DNA of 60,824 nt from Myxococcales bacterium (GCA_013215605.1 JABSQW010000034.1:1-60824); one strand, 5' to 3'; counted from the first letter of the stretch, positions 44,967 through 54,352 are shown. Notes: generated from the sequence alone by a model not told the origin. Numbers and translations: made by a program.

Positions 44967-46436
44967 TCAGGCGTGGATTGCCGGCCGTCGGTGCTCCCAG
45001 GGTTGCTTCCGCTCGAGCTGCGACGCGAGCCGGATGAGCAGGTCTTCGCCGCCGTAGCGGGCGATGAGCTGAATCCCCATCGGAAGACCCTCCGAGGTCC
45101 AGTGCAGTGGCAGTCCAATCGCCGGCTGACCCGATACGTTGTAGGGCATCGTGTACGGGACGAGGCGGATGATGCGATCGATCGACGCGCCCTTGACCTC
45201 GCCGATCGGCGGCGCCGGCTCGGCCATGGTGGGGGTGACGAGGATGTCGAATCCCTCTTCGCCCTCGCCCTCCCGCCACCAGCCGCGCAGGCGTCGACCG
45301 TACGCGTGCAGCGCATCCACGGCCTCGAGATAGTCCGCCGCGCTGAGCGACCAGCCGCGCTTGGCCATTGCCCACGTTGCGGGCTCGATGTCGTCTGCGG
45401 TCACGCGCTCGCCGGCGTTGTGCGCCATACCCTGCAGCTCCTTGGCCACCGAGGCCGAGACGGCCGTGGACGTGAACGCACCGAGATCCGGTTCGTCGAG
45501 CGCGCGCGGATACGCCTCGTCGACGTCGTGGCCGAGCTCCACGAGCAGGCGCGCCGCGGCGGCGACGGCGGCGATGGCGTCCGCGTGGGCGGGGGTGTGC
45601 TCGTTGTGCGTGAAGCAGCCGATGCGAAGGCGTCCGGGATCGCGATCGAGCTCCTCGAGGTAGGGACGCGTGGGTGGGGTGGCGAAGTAGGGATCGCCGG
45701 TACCGGGTCCCGCGACGGCGTCGAGCACCGCCGCCGTGTCGCGGACGCTTCGCGTGATGACGTGCTCGGTCGTACAGCCCGCCCAGCCCTCGCCCGTTTC
45801 GGGGCCGCTGCTCGTGCGGCCGCGCGTCGGCTTCAGGCCCACGAGTCCGCAGGCTCCCGCCGGGTTGCGGATCGAGCCGCCACCGTCGCCGGCGTGCGCG
45901 AGGGGGGTGAGTCCGGCTGCGACCGCCGACGCCGAGCCCCCGCTCGAACCGCCGACGATCCGGTTCGGATCCCACGGGTTCCGGGTGGGGCCGAAGGTGT
46001 CGGGCTCGGTGGTCGGGGAGAGCCCGAGCTCCGGCGTGTTGGTCTTTACGATGAACACGAAGCCCGCGGCGCGAAATCGCTGCGCGAGAAAACTGTCCGT
46101 GTGCGAGATCCACTTGCGATCGCGGAGGAATTTCGTGCCAGCGTAGACGCTCACTCCCGCCACGTGGCAGCCGAGATCCTTGAGGAGCAGGGGAACTCCG
46201 CGAAAGGGGCCGTGAGGGAGTTGCGGCGACCGCGCCTCCTCGCGCGCGCGGTCGAAGAGGGGGATGACCACCGCGTTGAGCTGGGGGTTCACGCGTTCGA
46301 TCCGTTCGATTGCGGCGTCGACCAGCTCTGCAGGCGAGCAGCTACCGCTCGCTACGAGCTCCGCCTGGGCCGTGGCGTCGAAGCTGGCGAGTTCTTCCGT
46401 GTTCACGTCGAGGACTCCCGTTGCTGGGGCGCACAC
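44967..46436 (-). CDS. amidase (amidase-signature family)
   Basis: GGSSGGSASAVAAGLTPLAHAGDGGGSIRNPAGACGLVGLKPTRGR. Confidence 0.9.
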   Translation of the reverse strand: MCAPATGVLDVNTEELASFDATAQAELVASGSCSPAELVDAAIERIERVNPQLNAVVIPLFDRAREEARSPQLPHGPFRGVPLLLKDLGCHVAGVSVYAGTKFLRDRKWISHTDSFLAQRFRAAGFVFIVKTNTPELGLSPTTEPDTFGPTRNPWDPNRIVGGSSGGSASAVAAGLTPLAHAGDGGGSIRNPAGACGLVGLKPTRGRTSSGPETGEGWAGCTTEHVITRSVRDTAAVLDAVAGPGTGDPYFATPPTRPYLEELDRDPGRLRIGCFTHNEHTPAHADAIAAVAAAARLLVELGHDVDEAYPRALDEPDLGAFTSTAVSASVAKELQGMAHNAGERVTADDIEPATWAMAKRGWSLSAADYLEAVDALHAYGRRLRGWWREGEGEEGFDILVTPTMAEPAPPIGEVKGASIDRIIRLVPYTMPYNVSGQPAIGLPLHWTSEGLPMGIQLIARYGGEDLLIRLASQLERKQPWEHRRPAIHA

Positions 46437-46527
46437 CCGCGCTTCTGCATTCTCGATTCCGATCGCGCGAATCCGGAAAATGGCCAGTGGGATGCCCAGG
46501 GTACTCCGAAAGCCGCTGGCCAGACCG

Positions 46528-47685
46528 CTAGATCAAGCCGCTTGGTTCGAACCCCAGCATGGCGCGCCCGTGGGTCTCGAGCCGATCGTCGAGGTCGAAG
46601 ATGACGTGGCTCGACAGCGCGCGGACGTCGCGGACGGCGCGCTGCAGCGGATGCTGCTCGAAGTGCGCGGACCCGCCACTCGCGTCGGCGAGGGACTCGA
46701 GCACCCTCCGGCTCTGATGGACCGCGTACGCGCCCGACGCGGCCCAACGCGCGCGGTCGCCGGGCGTTGCCGCGGCCCGCAGCGACATGACTTCGCTCGC
46801 GATCTCGCGCAGCAGATGTTCTGCGAGACGCGCCTCGACTTCCGCCTGAGCGAGGCGAATCTGGAGCGCGGGCTTCTCGGCCTGTTTCGAGGTACTCCCG
46901 AAGCGGATGCGCTCTCGCATCTCCTGGCGGCAGCGCGCGAGTGCAGCGTTGGCCTGGCCAACGGCGGGCATCGAGGCCGCCAGTACGAGAATCGGGATCA
47001 TCGGGGTGCGGTACAACGGGGTGCCGTGGAGCCGCGCGCCGGGACCGTCCCCCGCGCCGAGCAGCGCGATCGGGAGGCTCCGTTCCGCGGGTACGAAGGC
47101 AGCGTCGATCCGGATGTCGTTGCTGCCGGTGCCCGACATGCCGTCGACGCGCCAGACGTCTTCGATCTCGACTGCGTCACGCGGCAGGGTGAAGAAGCGG
47201 AACTCGGAGGAGCCGTCGGCTCGCGCAAGGGGGGCGGCCACGATCACCCACTCGGCGTGCATGACACCGGTTCCCCAGTGCCAGCGACCGCTCACACGGA
47301 ATCCGCCGTCGACGGGCTCGGCGCTTCCGCTCGGTACCAGGAGCGCGGGCGCGAGGACGTGGCTGCGGTTCGCGTACAACTGCTTCTGGAACGCCTCCGG
47401 AAAGTGACAGAGCATCCAGTTGTGCTCGATGTAGAACGTCGTCACCCACGCGGTCGACGCGTCGCCCTCCGCCAACGCGAGTCCCACCTCGACGAAGGTA
47501 TCGAGATCGAGGCCGAGCCCGCCGTACGTGGCCGGAACCATGAGATCGAAGACGCTCGCGTCGCGGAGCGCCTCGATCACGGAATCAACCGGCCGACGGA
47601 TCCGCTCGGCCTCTGCAGCGTGCTCCGCGAGCAGCGGGACCAGGCTGCGCACGCGCTCGATCAGCTCCGCTGTTGCTCCGGACAC
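46528..47685 (-). CDS. ACAD-fold flavin-dependent monooxygenase, oxygenase component (HsaA/DszC/C2-HpaH-like)
   Basis: EHNWMLCHF, DGGFRVSGRWHWGTG, DVWRVDGMSGTGSND, LQRAVRDVRALSSH. The order and spacing resemble group D flavin monooxygenases such as HsaA. Confidence 0.8.
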   Translation of the reverse strand: MSGATAELIERVRSLVPLLAEHAAEAERIRRPVDSVIEALRDASVFDLMVPATYGGLGLDLDTFVEVGLALAEGDASTAWVTTFYIEHNWMLCHFPEAFQKQLYANRSHVLAPALLVPSGSAEPVDGGFRVSGRWHWGTGVMHAEWVIVAAPLARADGSSEFRFFTLPRDAVEIEDVWRVDGMSGTGSNDIRIDAAFVPAERSLPIALLGAGDGPGARLHGTPLYRTPMIPILVLAASMPAVGQANAALARCRQEMRERIRFGSTSKQAEKPALQIRLAQAEVEARLAEHLLREIASEVMSLRAAATPGDRARWAASGAYAVHQSRRVLESLADASGGSAHFEQHPLQRAVRDVRALSSHVIFDLDDRLETHGRAMLGFEPSGLI

Positions 47686-47773
47686 GCGGCTCCCTCCGCT
47701 CGAGACGCGCTCACATTACCACTCGAGACGGGGGCGGGACCGCCGGCGTGGGATCACGGCCGCTGAAATGGCT

Positions 47774-47802
47774 GAGGCCGGGGGCGAGCCGCCCCCGGCC
47801 TC
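47774..47802 (-). terminator. GC-rich hairpin (12-bp perfect stem, 5-nt loop) downstream of the PEP-CTERM-like gene
   Basis: GAGGCCGGGGGC-GAGCC-GCCCCCGGCCTC read directly. Begins 25 nt past the stop at 47827. Followed on the minus strand by AGCCATTTCA, a weak U-tract. Confidence 0.45.
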
Positions 47803-47826
47803 ATGAACCAAGCGTTGCGAAAGGTG

Positions 47827-48558
47827 CTAGGACTTGCGCCGTCGAGCCGAAGCCGCGCCCATCGCGATCACACTGATTCCCACGGCGCCGATGCCGAGCA
47901 GCGGGAGCGCCGGTACGGTGGCGTCCGGGCGAAGCGAGCCGCGAAATACGACCTGCGAGTTGCCGGTCGCGTCCGTCGACGTGCGCGAGATGTACTCGCC
48001 CAGGGAGAAGCCGGTGCCGTGGAAGGTCCAGGTTCCGAAGTCGTAGTTCGTCGAGTTCAGCGGCGGTGGGACGGTCTCCAGCTCGACCCGGCCGGCGAGG
48101 TCGCAGATGTAGGACGGGATCGCGTGACAGAACGTACCGCCAGTGAGCGTCCAGTTCGTCACGTTGCCCCAGTTGATACTCGAGGCGGTGCTCCCCGTAC
48201 CGCTCTGGTTGGGACCCGGGCCGGCGGACGATCTCTGCCGGATGAAGATGAACCCACCCGACAGCGACGGGACGACGACCGTAACCCCCGTGTTGTCGAG
48301 CGATCCGGCAATGCTCAACAGCTTCTTGAGGACCGGGTCCGGGCCGGTTTCGTCGATGAGAACCACCTCACCCGGATTGTGCTGAGAGTCGACCGTGGAC
48401 ACCTCGGGCGAAGTGTTGTCGTAGTGGATCAGGGAGGGCCCGTGAAGGGCATATTTCTTGAGCGCCGCGTCAGCGGGCGGTGCGATGAGTCCGAGAATCC
48501 CCAGGCCGGCGAGGAAAACGCGGAGCCTTACGGAGACGACGAAGAGTCGGTTGAGCAT
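47827..48558 (-). CDS. secreted protein with a PEP-CTERM-like C-terminal sorting tail
   Basis: Signal peptide MLNRLFVVSVRLRVFLAGLGILGLIAPPADA. Tail VPALPLLGIGAVGISVIAMGAASARRRKS (motif, TM helix, basic cluster). The body has no recognised domain. Confidence 0.7.
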   Translation of the reverse strand: MLNRLFVVSVRLRVFLAGLGILGLIAPPADAALKKYALHGPSLIHYDNTSPEVSTVDSQHNPGEVVLIDETGPDPVLKKLLSIAGSLDNTGVTVVVPSLSGGFIFIRQRSSAGPGPNQSGTGSTASSINWGNVTNWTLTGGTFCHAIPSYICDLAGRVELETVPPPLNSTNYDFGTWTFHGTGFSLGEYISRTSTDATGNSQVVFRGSLRPDATVPALPLLGIGAVGISVIAMGAASARRRKS

Positions 48559-48610
48559 GCTGGGTCCTCTGCATTGGCGATCTCGGGAGCCGAGTCGCGA
48601 GTAGTTTCAG

Positions 48611-48626
48611 TGCATATTGGGTGCCA
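48611..48626 (-). promoter_or_regulatory. sigma-54 (-24/-12) promoter candidate
   Basis: The reverse complement reads TGGCACCCAATATGCA, i.e. TGGCAC-N5-ATGCA versus the consensus TGGCAC-N5-TTGCA. Lies 52 nt upstream of ATG 48558. Confidence 0.5.
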
Positions 48627-49246
48627 AGGCTTCACGAGAGCCGCACTTTCCACTTTTCTCTTCTCGGACAACAGGTTGCGCAGGATGACCGATGCTTCGT
48701 CGAATCCGCGTTCCGTCATCGACTGGTGTATTTTGCGCCGGTCTTGACACTCGAGGCTGCGGAAGCACCGCCAAGTATCTGGATTTTCATGGGAACAAGA
48801 ATCGTTCCGGCTGCTGGTGAATCCTGCGCGCCGTGGAGCAGGATGCACCAGTAAAACAAGAACTAATATTCTGTTTCTCGTCAGGGATACGGAACCTCAA
48901 CCGGGCACGCCATCCCTAAACTGGCGTTCTAGTCGCGCTTTAGGGGGTGCCGCAGTCGCTCGTGGAAACATCGGTCCCCGGCGCGCGGTTGGCGCGGCTG
49001 GGCTGGATCTGAGAGCTCCCGGAAAAGCGCTGCGTGGGCGATGTCGGCGACCGCTCCGACTCAGTGCTGGACCCATCGAAATGACGACGGGCGTGGGGCT
49101 GTCTGCGCCTCTCTCCCAGGCTGACCTGAAGCGGGGGACCCCCCTCTGATGGACACCGCCCGGACCGTCTTGGATTTCTGAGGCCGTGCCAACGTCCATC
49201 GCAGACCCACCCCGATCGTTGTCCGTCTCCTCCGAACGGAGGGTTT

Positions 49247-52075
49247 GTGCGTATGCTTCGCAGCATGCGCCGATCGCTCTTCGTCGGGTTTGTCGCCATC
49301 GCGATCTCGGTCGCCGCATGGCAGCTCCTGCGCGGCCCGACCCCTGAGGAGATTCTCGCGAGCATCGACGTTCCACCTTCTCCGGTACTGTCGGCCCAGG
49401 CGGCGCTTCGAGCGTTTCGCGTCGCGCCGGGCTTTCGCGTGGAACTCGTGGCCGCAGAGCCCCTCGTGGTCGACCCGGTTGCCATGGACTGGGACGACGC
49501 GGGTCGCCTCTACGTCGTGGAGATGCGGGGCTTCATGCCCGACATCGACGGGACGGGCGAGGACCGACCGGTGGGACGGGTCGTCGTCCTCGAAGACAGC
49601 GACGCCGACGGGCGCATGGATCGCCGCGATGTCTTTCTCGACGGCCTCGTGCTGCCGCGCGCGGTGGCGGTCGTGCCCGAAGGCGTGCTCGTCGGTTCGC
49701 CGCCCGACCTGTGGCTGTGCCGCGACACGAGCGGCGACCGGCGCTGCGACGAGAAGACCCGTCTCGCGGCGTATGCGGCCGACGACGGCAACCCCGAGCA
49801 CAAGGAGAACGGACTGGTCGCGGGAATCGACGGCTGGATCTACAACGCGGCGTCGTCGCGGCGATTCAGGCTCCGGCGCGACGGCGTGTCGCTCGAAGTC
49901 GGAGAGACCGCCCGCCGCGGTCAGTGGGGCATCGCCCAGGACGACGCGGGTCGCCTCTACTACAACCACAACTCGGGCTTCCTGTACGGAGATGCCTTCC
50001 CCGCGGAGTACGCGACACGACACCACGCGACGGGCACGCGCATCGATAAACCCGGCGTGTATGTCGCGCTCTCGGAGGGCGAAAAGGTCTTCGGGATTCG
50101 CGTGGCCCCCGGACTGAACCGCGCGTACGTGGAGGGCTCGCTGCGCGCCGACGGGCGTCAGGCCGGACCCACCGCAGTGAGCGGCCTCGCAATCCAACGC
50201 GGCGACCAGTACGGACCCGACTTCGTCGGCGACGCGTTCATCCCCGAAGCGGTCGGGCACGCCGTCGCTCACTTCGCCATCGAGCGCGTGGGCACCGAGC
50301 TGCGCGGCGAACACCGCCTCTACCCCGACGACGAGTGGCGGGAGCGCGAGTTCCTCGCTTCCACCGACGAGCGCTTTCGCCCGGTCGGCGCGAACGTCGG
50401 ACCCGATGGCGCGATCTGGGTGATCGACATGTACCGCGGCGTGATCCAGCACGCGCTCTTCGTCTCGGACCACCTGCGCGACTACGTGGGGGAGCACGGT
50501 CTCGCTCCGCCCGGCGAGACGGGGCGCATCTGGCGCATCGTGCGCAACGACCGGCCGGTCGAGCGCCGCCCGCCGCCCCTCGAGACCCTCGCGCAGCAGC
50601 TCGCTGGCCTCGACCACCCGAACGGCTGGACGCGCGACCGCGCGCAGCGTCGCATCGCGCACGCGGGCAGCGGCGACGCCGTGGTCGCACTGAACCGGCT
50701 CGACGACTTCGGAGCCCTCGGACGCCGACACGCGCTCTTCGCGCTCGAGCAGCTTCGCGCTCTCGACGTCGCGACGTGGCAACGCGCGCTGCGCGACCCG
50801 GACCCGGAGGTGCGCAAGGTCGGGCTCCGCGTCGGCGAGGTGCTGTTCGACCGCGACGACATCGTTTTCGTCGACCTCATCGCAGCGATGCTCGACGACG
50901 GCGACGGGTCCGTGCGGCTCCAGGCGCTCCACTCGCTCGGATCGCTTCCGCCCGAGAAGCGCCCCGTCGATCGGCTCCTCGACGCGGGACGCGGGGGCGA
51001 TCCGCTGGAGGTGCAGGCGGCGTTGTCGGGCCTCGGCGGTTTCGAGTACGAGGCGCTGCGGCGCGAAATCGAGCGCGCCGGTCGCGAAACGCCCGATGAG
51101 CCGCTTCGCGCGTGGATCGAGTCGCTCGCCCTCACCGTCCATCTCGGCGCACAGGTGGGCCCCGACCCCGCCGCCGACGTGGCTCGGCTGCTCGACCTCG
51201 CGGAGGGGCTGGGCGAAGACTGGCAGCGGCTGGCGATCCTCGACGGCATCGCGGCGGCTCAAGGTCAGCCGGGCAGCCGGCGCGTGGAACTCGGTGAAGC
51301 GCACCCGCTCTTCGCTGCCGATCGCCCGGCGAGCGACGCCACGCGAAGCGCGCTCGCCCGGGTGCGGCGACACGTGACGTGGCCGGGTGATCCCATCCCG
51401 GGCGGCGCACGCCCCCTCACGCCCGGCGAAGCCGCGCGTCGAGAGCGCGGTCGCGCACTGTTCGCGCAAACTTGTGGGACCTGCCACGGCTCCCTGGGGC
51501 GCGGGATCAAAGGACTCGCCCCTTCACTCGTGGGCTCGCCCTGGGTGCGCGACGCCGACGATTGGCTCGTGCGCATCGCACTCGGCGGCATCACGGGGCC
51601 CCTCCGCATCGATGGCAGGGAGTGGAATCTCACGATGCCGGGACACGGCCACGATGCGCGCTTCGATGACGAGACCCTGGCGGGACTGCTCACTCACCTG
51701 CGCCGCTCCTGGGGGCACGCGGAGGATCCCGTCGCACCCGCTACGGTGGCGCGGATCCGCGCGGAGACCGAATCGAGAAGGCTCCCGTGGACGGTCGCGG
51801 AGCTGAGAGCTCTCGACGTCACGCACCGGCTCGATCGCTACACGGGAACCTACGCGGTTCCGGTGGTGGGCATCGAGATCGTCATCGGACGACGCGGTTC
51901 GGCTCTGACGATCGGTCGCGCGGGAGGCGCCGCGGGCGTGCTCACCGAGATGGGCGACGGCGCCTTCTTCTCGCAGGGCACGACGATTCGCTTCGAGGCG
52001 GACGAGTCGGGCTCCATCAATGGCGCTCGCATCGCGACCGGGGGCATCGATGCCCCGCTCTCGAAGCAGGACTGA
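49247..52075 (+). CDS. PVC-type membrane-bound dehydrogenase-domain / HEAT-repeat / cytochrome c (CxxCH) protein
   Basis: FRVAPGFRVELVAAEPLVVDPVAMDWDDAGRLYVVEM (TIGR02604-like). HEAT-like repeats. C-terminal LFAQTCGTCHG heme site. Confidence 0.85.
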   Translation: MRMLRSMRRSLFVGFVAIAISVAAWQLLRGPTPEEILASIDVPPSPVLSAQAALRAFRVAPGFRVELVAAEPLVVDPVAMDWDDAGRLYVVEMRGFMPDIDGTGEDRPVGRVVVLEDSDADGRMDRRDVFLDGLVLPRAVAVVPEGVLVGSPPDLWLCRDTSGDRRCDEKTRLAAYAADDGNPEHKENGLVAGIDGWIYNAASSRRFRLRRDGVSLEVGETARRGQWGIAQDDAGRLYYNHNSGFLYGDAFPAEYATRHHATGTRIDKPGVYVALSEGEKVFGIRVAPGLNRAYVEGSLRADGRQAGPTAVSGLAIQRGDQYGPDFVGDAFIPEAVGHAVAHFAIERVGTELRGEHRLYPDDEWREREFLASTDERFRPVGANVGPDGAIWVIDMYRGVIQHALFVSDHLRDYVGEHGLAPPGETGRIWRIVRNDRPVERRPPPLETLAQQLAGLDHPNGWTRDRAQRRIAHAGSGDAVVALNRLDDFGALGRRHALFALEQLRALDVATWQRALRDPDPEVRKVGLRVGEVLFDRDDIVFVDLIAAMLDDGDGSVRLQALHSLGSLPPEKRPVDRLLDAGRGGDPLEVQAALSGLGGFEYEALRREIERAGRETPDEPLRAWIESLALTVHLGAQVGPDPAADVARLLDLAEGLGEDWQRLAILDGIAAAQGQPGSRRVELGEAHPLFAADRPASDATRSALARVRRHVTWPGDPIPGGARPLTPGEAARRERGRALFAQTCGTCHGSLGRGIKGLAPSLVGSPWVRDADDWLVRIALGGITGPLRIDGREWNLTMPGHGHDARFDDETLAGLLTHLRRSWGHAEDPVAPATVARIRAETESRRLPWTVAELRALDVTHRLDRYTGTYAVPVVGIEIVIGRRGSALTIGRAGGAAGVLTEMGDGAFFSQGTTIRFEADESGSINGARIATGGIDAPLSKQD

Positions 52076-52113
52076 GCGCGACGCCGGCTGCCCGCTCGCT
52101 TTTCGCGCGGCGT

Positions 52114-52929
52114 TCAGCGCTCTGGGTCCTCTGGGAGGTCTACCTCGAGGCCGCGGAAGATCGGCTCGCGCTTCTCGCGAAACGCCCGGCCGCCTTCGAG
52201 GATGTCGTGGCGGGCGAGCCGCAGGTTCTCTGCCTGCGCGGCCCATTGATCTGGCAGGTGCTCGAGGTAGGTCTTGCCGATCGCGCCGTAGACGACGCGC
52301 TTCGAGAGGGCGAGGGCGACGGGCGGCTTGGCGGCGATGCGGTCCGCGAGAGAGTGCGCTTCGTCGAGGAGCGCGTCGTGCTCGACGACGTGATTCACCA
52401 GGCCGATCCGCTCCGCTTCGGCGGCGTCGATCATGTCGGCGGTGAAGAGCATCTCGAGGGCCTTCGCGTGACCCACGGCCCGGCTGAGGAGCCAACCGGC
52501 ACCGTCGAGGACCGACATGCCGATCCGGGCGAAGATTGCCGAAAAGCGCGCCCGGTCCGATGCGACGCGCAGGTCGCAGGCGAGCGCGAGGGACAGCCCG
52601 CCTCCCGCGGCGACACCGTTGACGGCCGCGATCGTGGGCTTTTGGATCGCGAGGAGCCTGGCCGCCCAGTGGTCCTCGGGTTTCTGCGCCGTGGGCGTTC
52701 CCTTCGAGTTGGCGAAGTTCGCGGTCTTCACGTCACCGCCGGCGCAGAACGCGCGACCGGCCCCGGTGAAGACGACGACGCGGATCGTCGGGTCGGCATT
52801 CACCTGTTCGCAGACGTTCGCGAGCTCGCCGAGAAGTCCCGCGTCGAGGGCGTTGAGGGCATCGGGTCGGTTCAACGTCGCGCGGGCGACGTGACCGGAC
52901 GTCTCGAAGGTCAGCGATTCCGTGGCCAT
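52114..52929 (-). CDS. enoyl-CoA hydratase/isomerase (crotonase) family
   Basis: ATLNRPDALNALD...VVVFTGAGRAFCAGGDV...AAVNGVAAGGG. Start MATESLTF. Confidence 0.9.
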   Translation of the reverse strand: MATESLTFETSGHVARATLNRPDALNALDAGLLGELANVCEQVNADPTIRVVVFTGAGRAFCAGGDVKTANFANSKGTPTAQKPEDHWAARLLAIQKPTIAAVNGVAAGGGLSLALACDLRVASDRARFSAIFARIGMSVLDGAGWLLSRAVGHAKALEMLFTADMIDAAEAERIGLVNHVVEHDALLDEAHSLADRIAAKPPVALALSKRVVYGAIGKTYLEHLPDQWAAQAENLRLARHDILEGGRAFREKREPIFRGLEVDLPEDPER

Positions 52930-52975
52930 GGCGTCTCCCAAAAGCATGTGTCTCCGGATGAGTGCGTTCGGGTGA

Positions 52976-53359
52976 TCAGCTCTCGTCGGGCCCGGGCACC
53001 TCGAGACCGAGGTCCTCGCAGACATCGCGGTAGTGGCGGTACATCACGGCGCCGCACGGCCAGCCGGCGTATTGCGTCACGTGCAGGATGATCTCGATCA
53101 TCTCCGCCGACGAGATGTCGCCACTCTTCAACGCACCCCGGACGTGGAACATCACCTCCTGGTCCATCCCGCGCGCACCTACCGTGGCGAGGGAAAGGAA
53201 GCGTCGCTCGCGGCGCGTGAGCCCCGGTCGGCTCCACAGGGCACCGAAGCACTGGTCGAGGTTCGCCGCCGTGAAGGGATCGCTAGGCTCGAACGCCGGG
53301 ACCTGGGTCACGTCCTCGAAGATCTGCTTCCCCTTCGCGCGCAGCTCGGAATCCGCCAT
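52976..53359 (-). CDS. carboxymuconolactone decarboxylase (CMD) family protein
   Basis: LTRRERRFLSLATVGARGMDQEVMFHVRGALKSGDISSAEMIEIILHVTQYAGWP. Confidence 0.85.
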   Translation of the reverse strand: MADSELRAKGKQIFEDVTQVPAFEPSDPFTAANLDQCFGALWSRPGLTRRERRFLSLATVGARGMDQEVMFHVRGALKSGDISSAEMIEIILHVTQYAGWPCGAVMYRHYRDVCEDLGLEVPGPDES

Positions 53360-53417
53360 GGATCGGGTCTCCTTGGGTTCGGTCGGGCACGCCGAGCACG
53401 CGGTGCACGACGGAAAC

Positions 53418-53618
53418 TCAGAGGATCTCGAACACCTCGTAGTCGATGCCGTCCGCGACGCGGCGTCCCGTGCCGATCGCGATCATCCGGTTCATCCAGT
53501 CGTAATGGTCGGTCGTGGTTTCGAACAGAAAATTGAACCGCAGATAGTACTCGCTCGGGTCGGTCCTCTCGATCTGCTCGGGGTTGCCGAACAGAGGGTC
53601 GCTCTCGATTCCCGCCAC
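53418..53618 (-). CDS. small hypothetical protein (66 aa)
   Basis: GTG start 8 nt after GAGGAG, which overlaps the stop of the upstream phosphoesterase. The frame is embedded in a longer shadow ORF. Sequence VAGIESDPLFGNPEQIERTDPSEYYLRFNFLFETTTDHYDWMNRMIAIGTGRRVADGIDYEVFEIL. No family recognised. Confidence 0.4.
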   Translation of the reverse strand: MAGIESDPLFGNPEQIERTDPSEYYLRFNFLFETTTDHYDWMNRMIAIGTGRRVADGIDYEVFEIL

Positions 53619-53629
53619 CTCTCGGCTCC

Positions 53630-54352
53630 TCAGGGCGGATCGCCCAGCGGAATCCTCTCCACCAAGGCCCCGTGCTCGACCGAAAGCGTGATGTGATTCG
53701 CCGAAGCGAACGACCCGCCCGACTCCGACGGCGATCCCGAGTAGAACGCTGGCACGTTCCCCGTGCTGGCGTCGAAGAAGCGGTGCCAGTGGCCGAGGGC
53801 GACGAAGTCGCACTCGAGGGCGGCGATGTCGGCGGCGCTGATTCGGGACGAGCGGTGGCTCTCGTCCGTCGCGTCGTCGACGTGGTGGCCGTGGGCCAGG
53901 ACGACGCGCCAGTGGTCGCCCGGATGCGGGGCGTAGCCGTCGAGGGGAAGATTGTCCGGGTCGTGCACGACCATGCTCCGCGACCACACGGCCAGGTCGA
54001 TCCCCTCGAAGACGAAATACTCGCCTTCGGGCTCGGCGGCGAAGCGAATGTGCGTACCGGCATCCGACAGCGCCACGCGATCGTAGATCGTCGGCGAGCC
54101 GAGGGCGTCGTGGTTGCCGCACGTGACCACCGTCGGGAGGTCGAGACGCGCGAGCTCGGCCATCGCTTCGTCGATCTGTTCGTCGGGTACCCGTGATTCG
54201 TCGAACAGATCGCCTGCGATCAAGAGCGCGTCCACGCTGCGATCGAGGGCCACATCGACGACGCGGCGCAGGCCGCGCAATCGCAGGTCGGCCCGGCTTC
54301 CTTCCCCGATGTGGACATCGGAGGTGTGGAGCAATCGCAGTGTGCGTCTCAC
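53630..54352 (-). CDS. metallophosphoesterase (calcineurin-like, SbcD/YfcE-size)
   Basis: LLHTSDVHIG...LLIAGDLFD...GNHD...LAHGH...GHWH, the ordered metallophosphoesterase motifs. Confidence 0.85.
   Translation of the reverse strand: MRRTLRLLHTSDVHIGEGSRADLRLRGLRRVVDVALDRSVDALLIAGDLFDESRVPDEQIDEAMAELARLDLPTVVTCGNHDALGSPTIYDRVALSDAGTHIRFAAEPEGEYFVFEGIDLAVWSRSMVVHDPDNLPLDGYAPHPGDHWRVVLAHGHHVDDATDESHRSSRISAADIAALECDFVALGHWHRFFDASTGNVPAFYSGSPSESGGSFASANHITLSVEHGALVERIPLGDPP

Noticed and set aside
48528-48848. A 106-aa minus-strand ORF spanning the sigma-54 promoter region.
   Set aside because: It overlaps the start of the PEP-CTERM-like gene, has no RBS, has a composition not typical of this genome's genes, and would place the promoter candidate inside a CDS.
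49001-49020. GGCTGGATCTGAGAGC, reminiscent of the CUGAGA core of a TPP riboswitch, upstream of the heme-protein gene.
   Set aside because: The second conserved TPP element (ACCUGAUCUGGAUAAUGCCAGCG-like) and the expected helices are not present, and the downstream gene is unrelated to thiamine.
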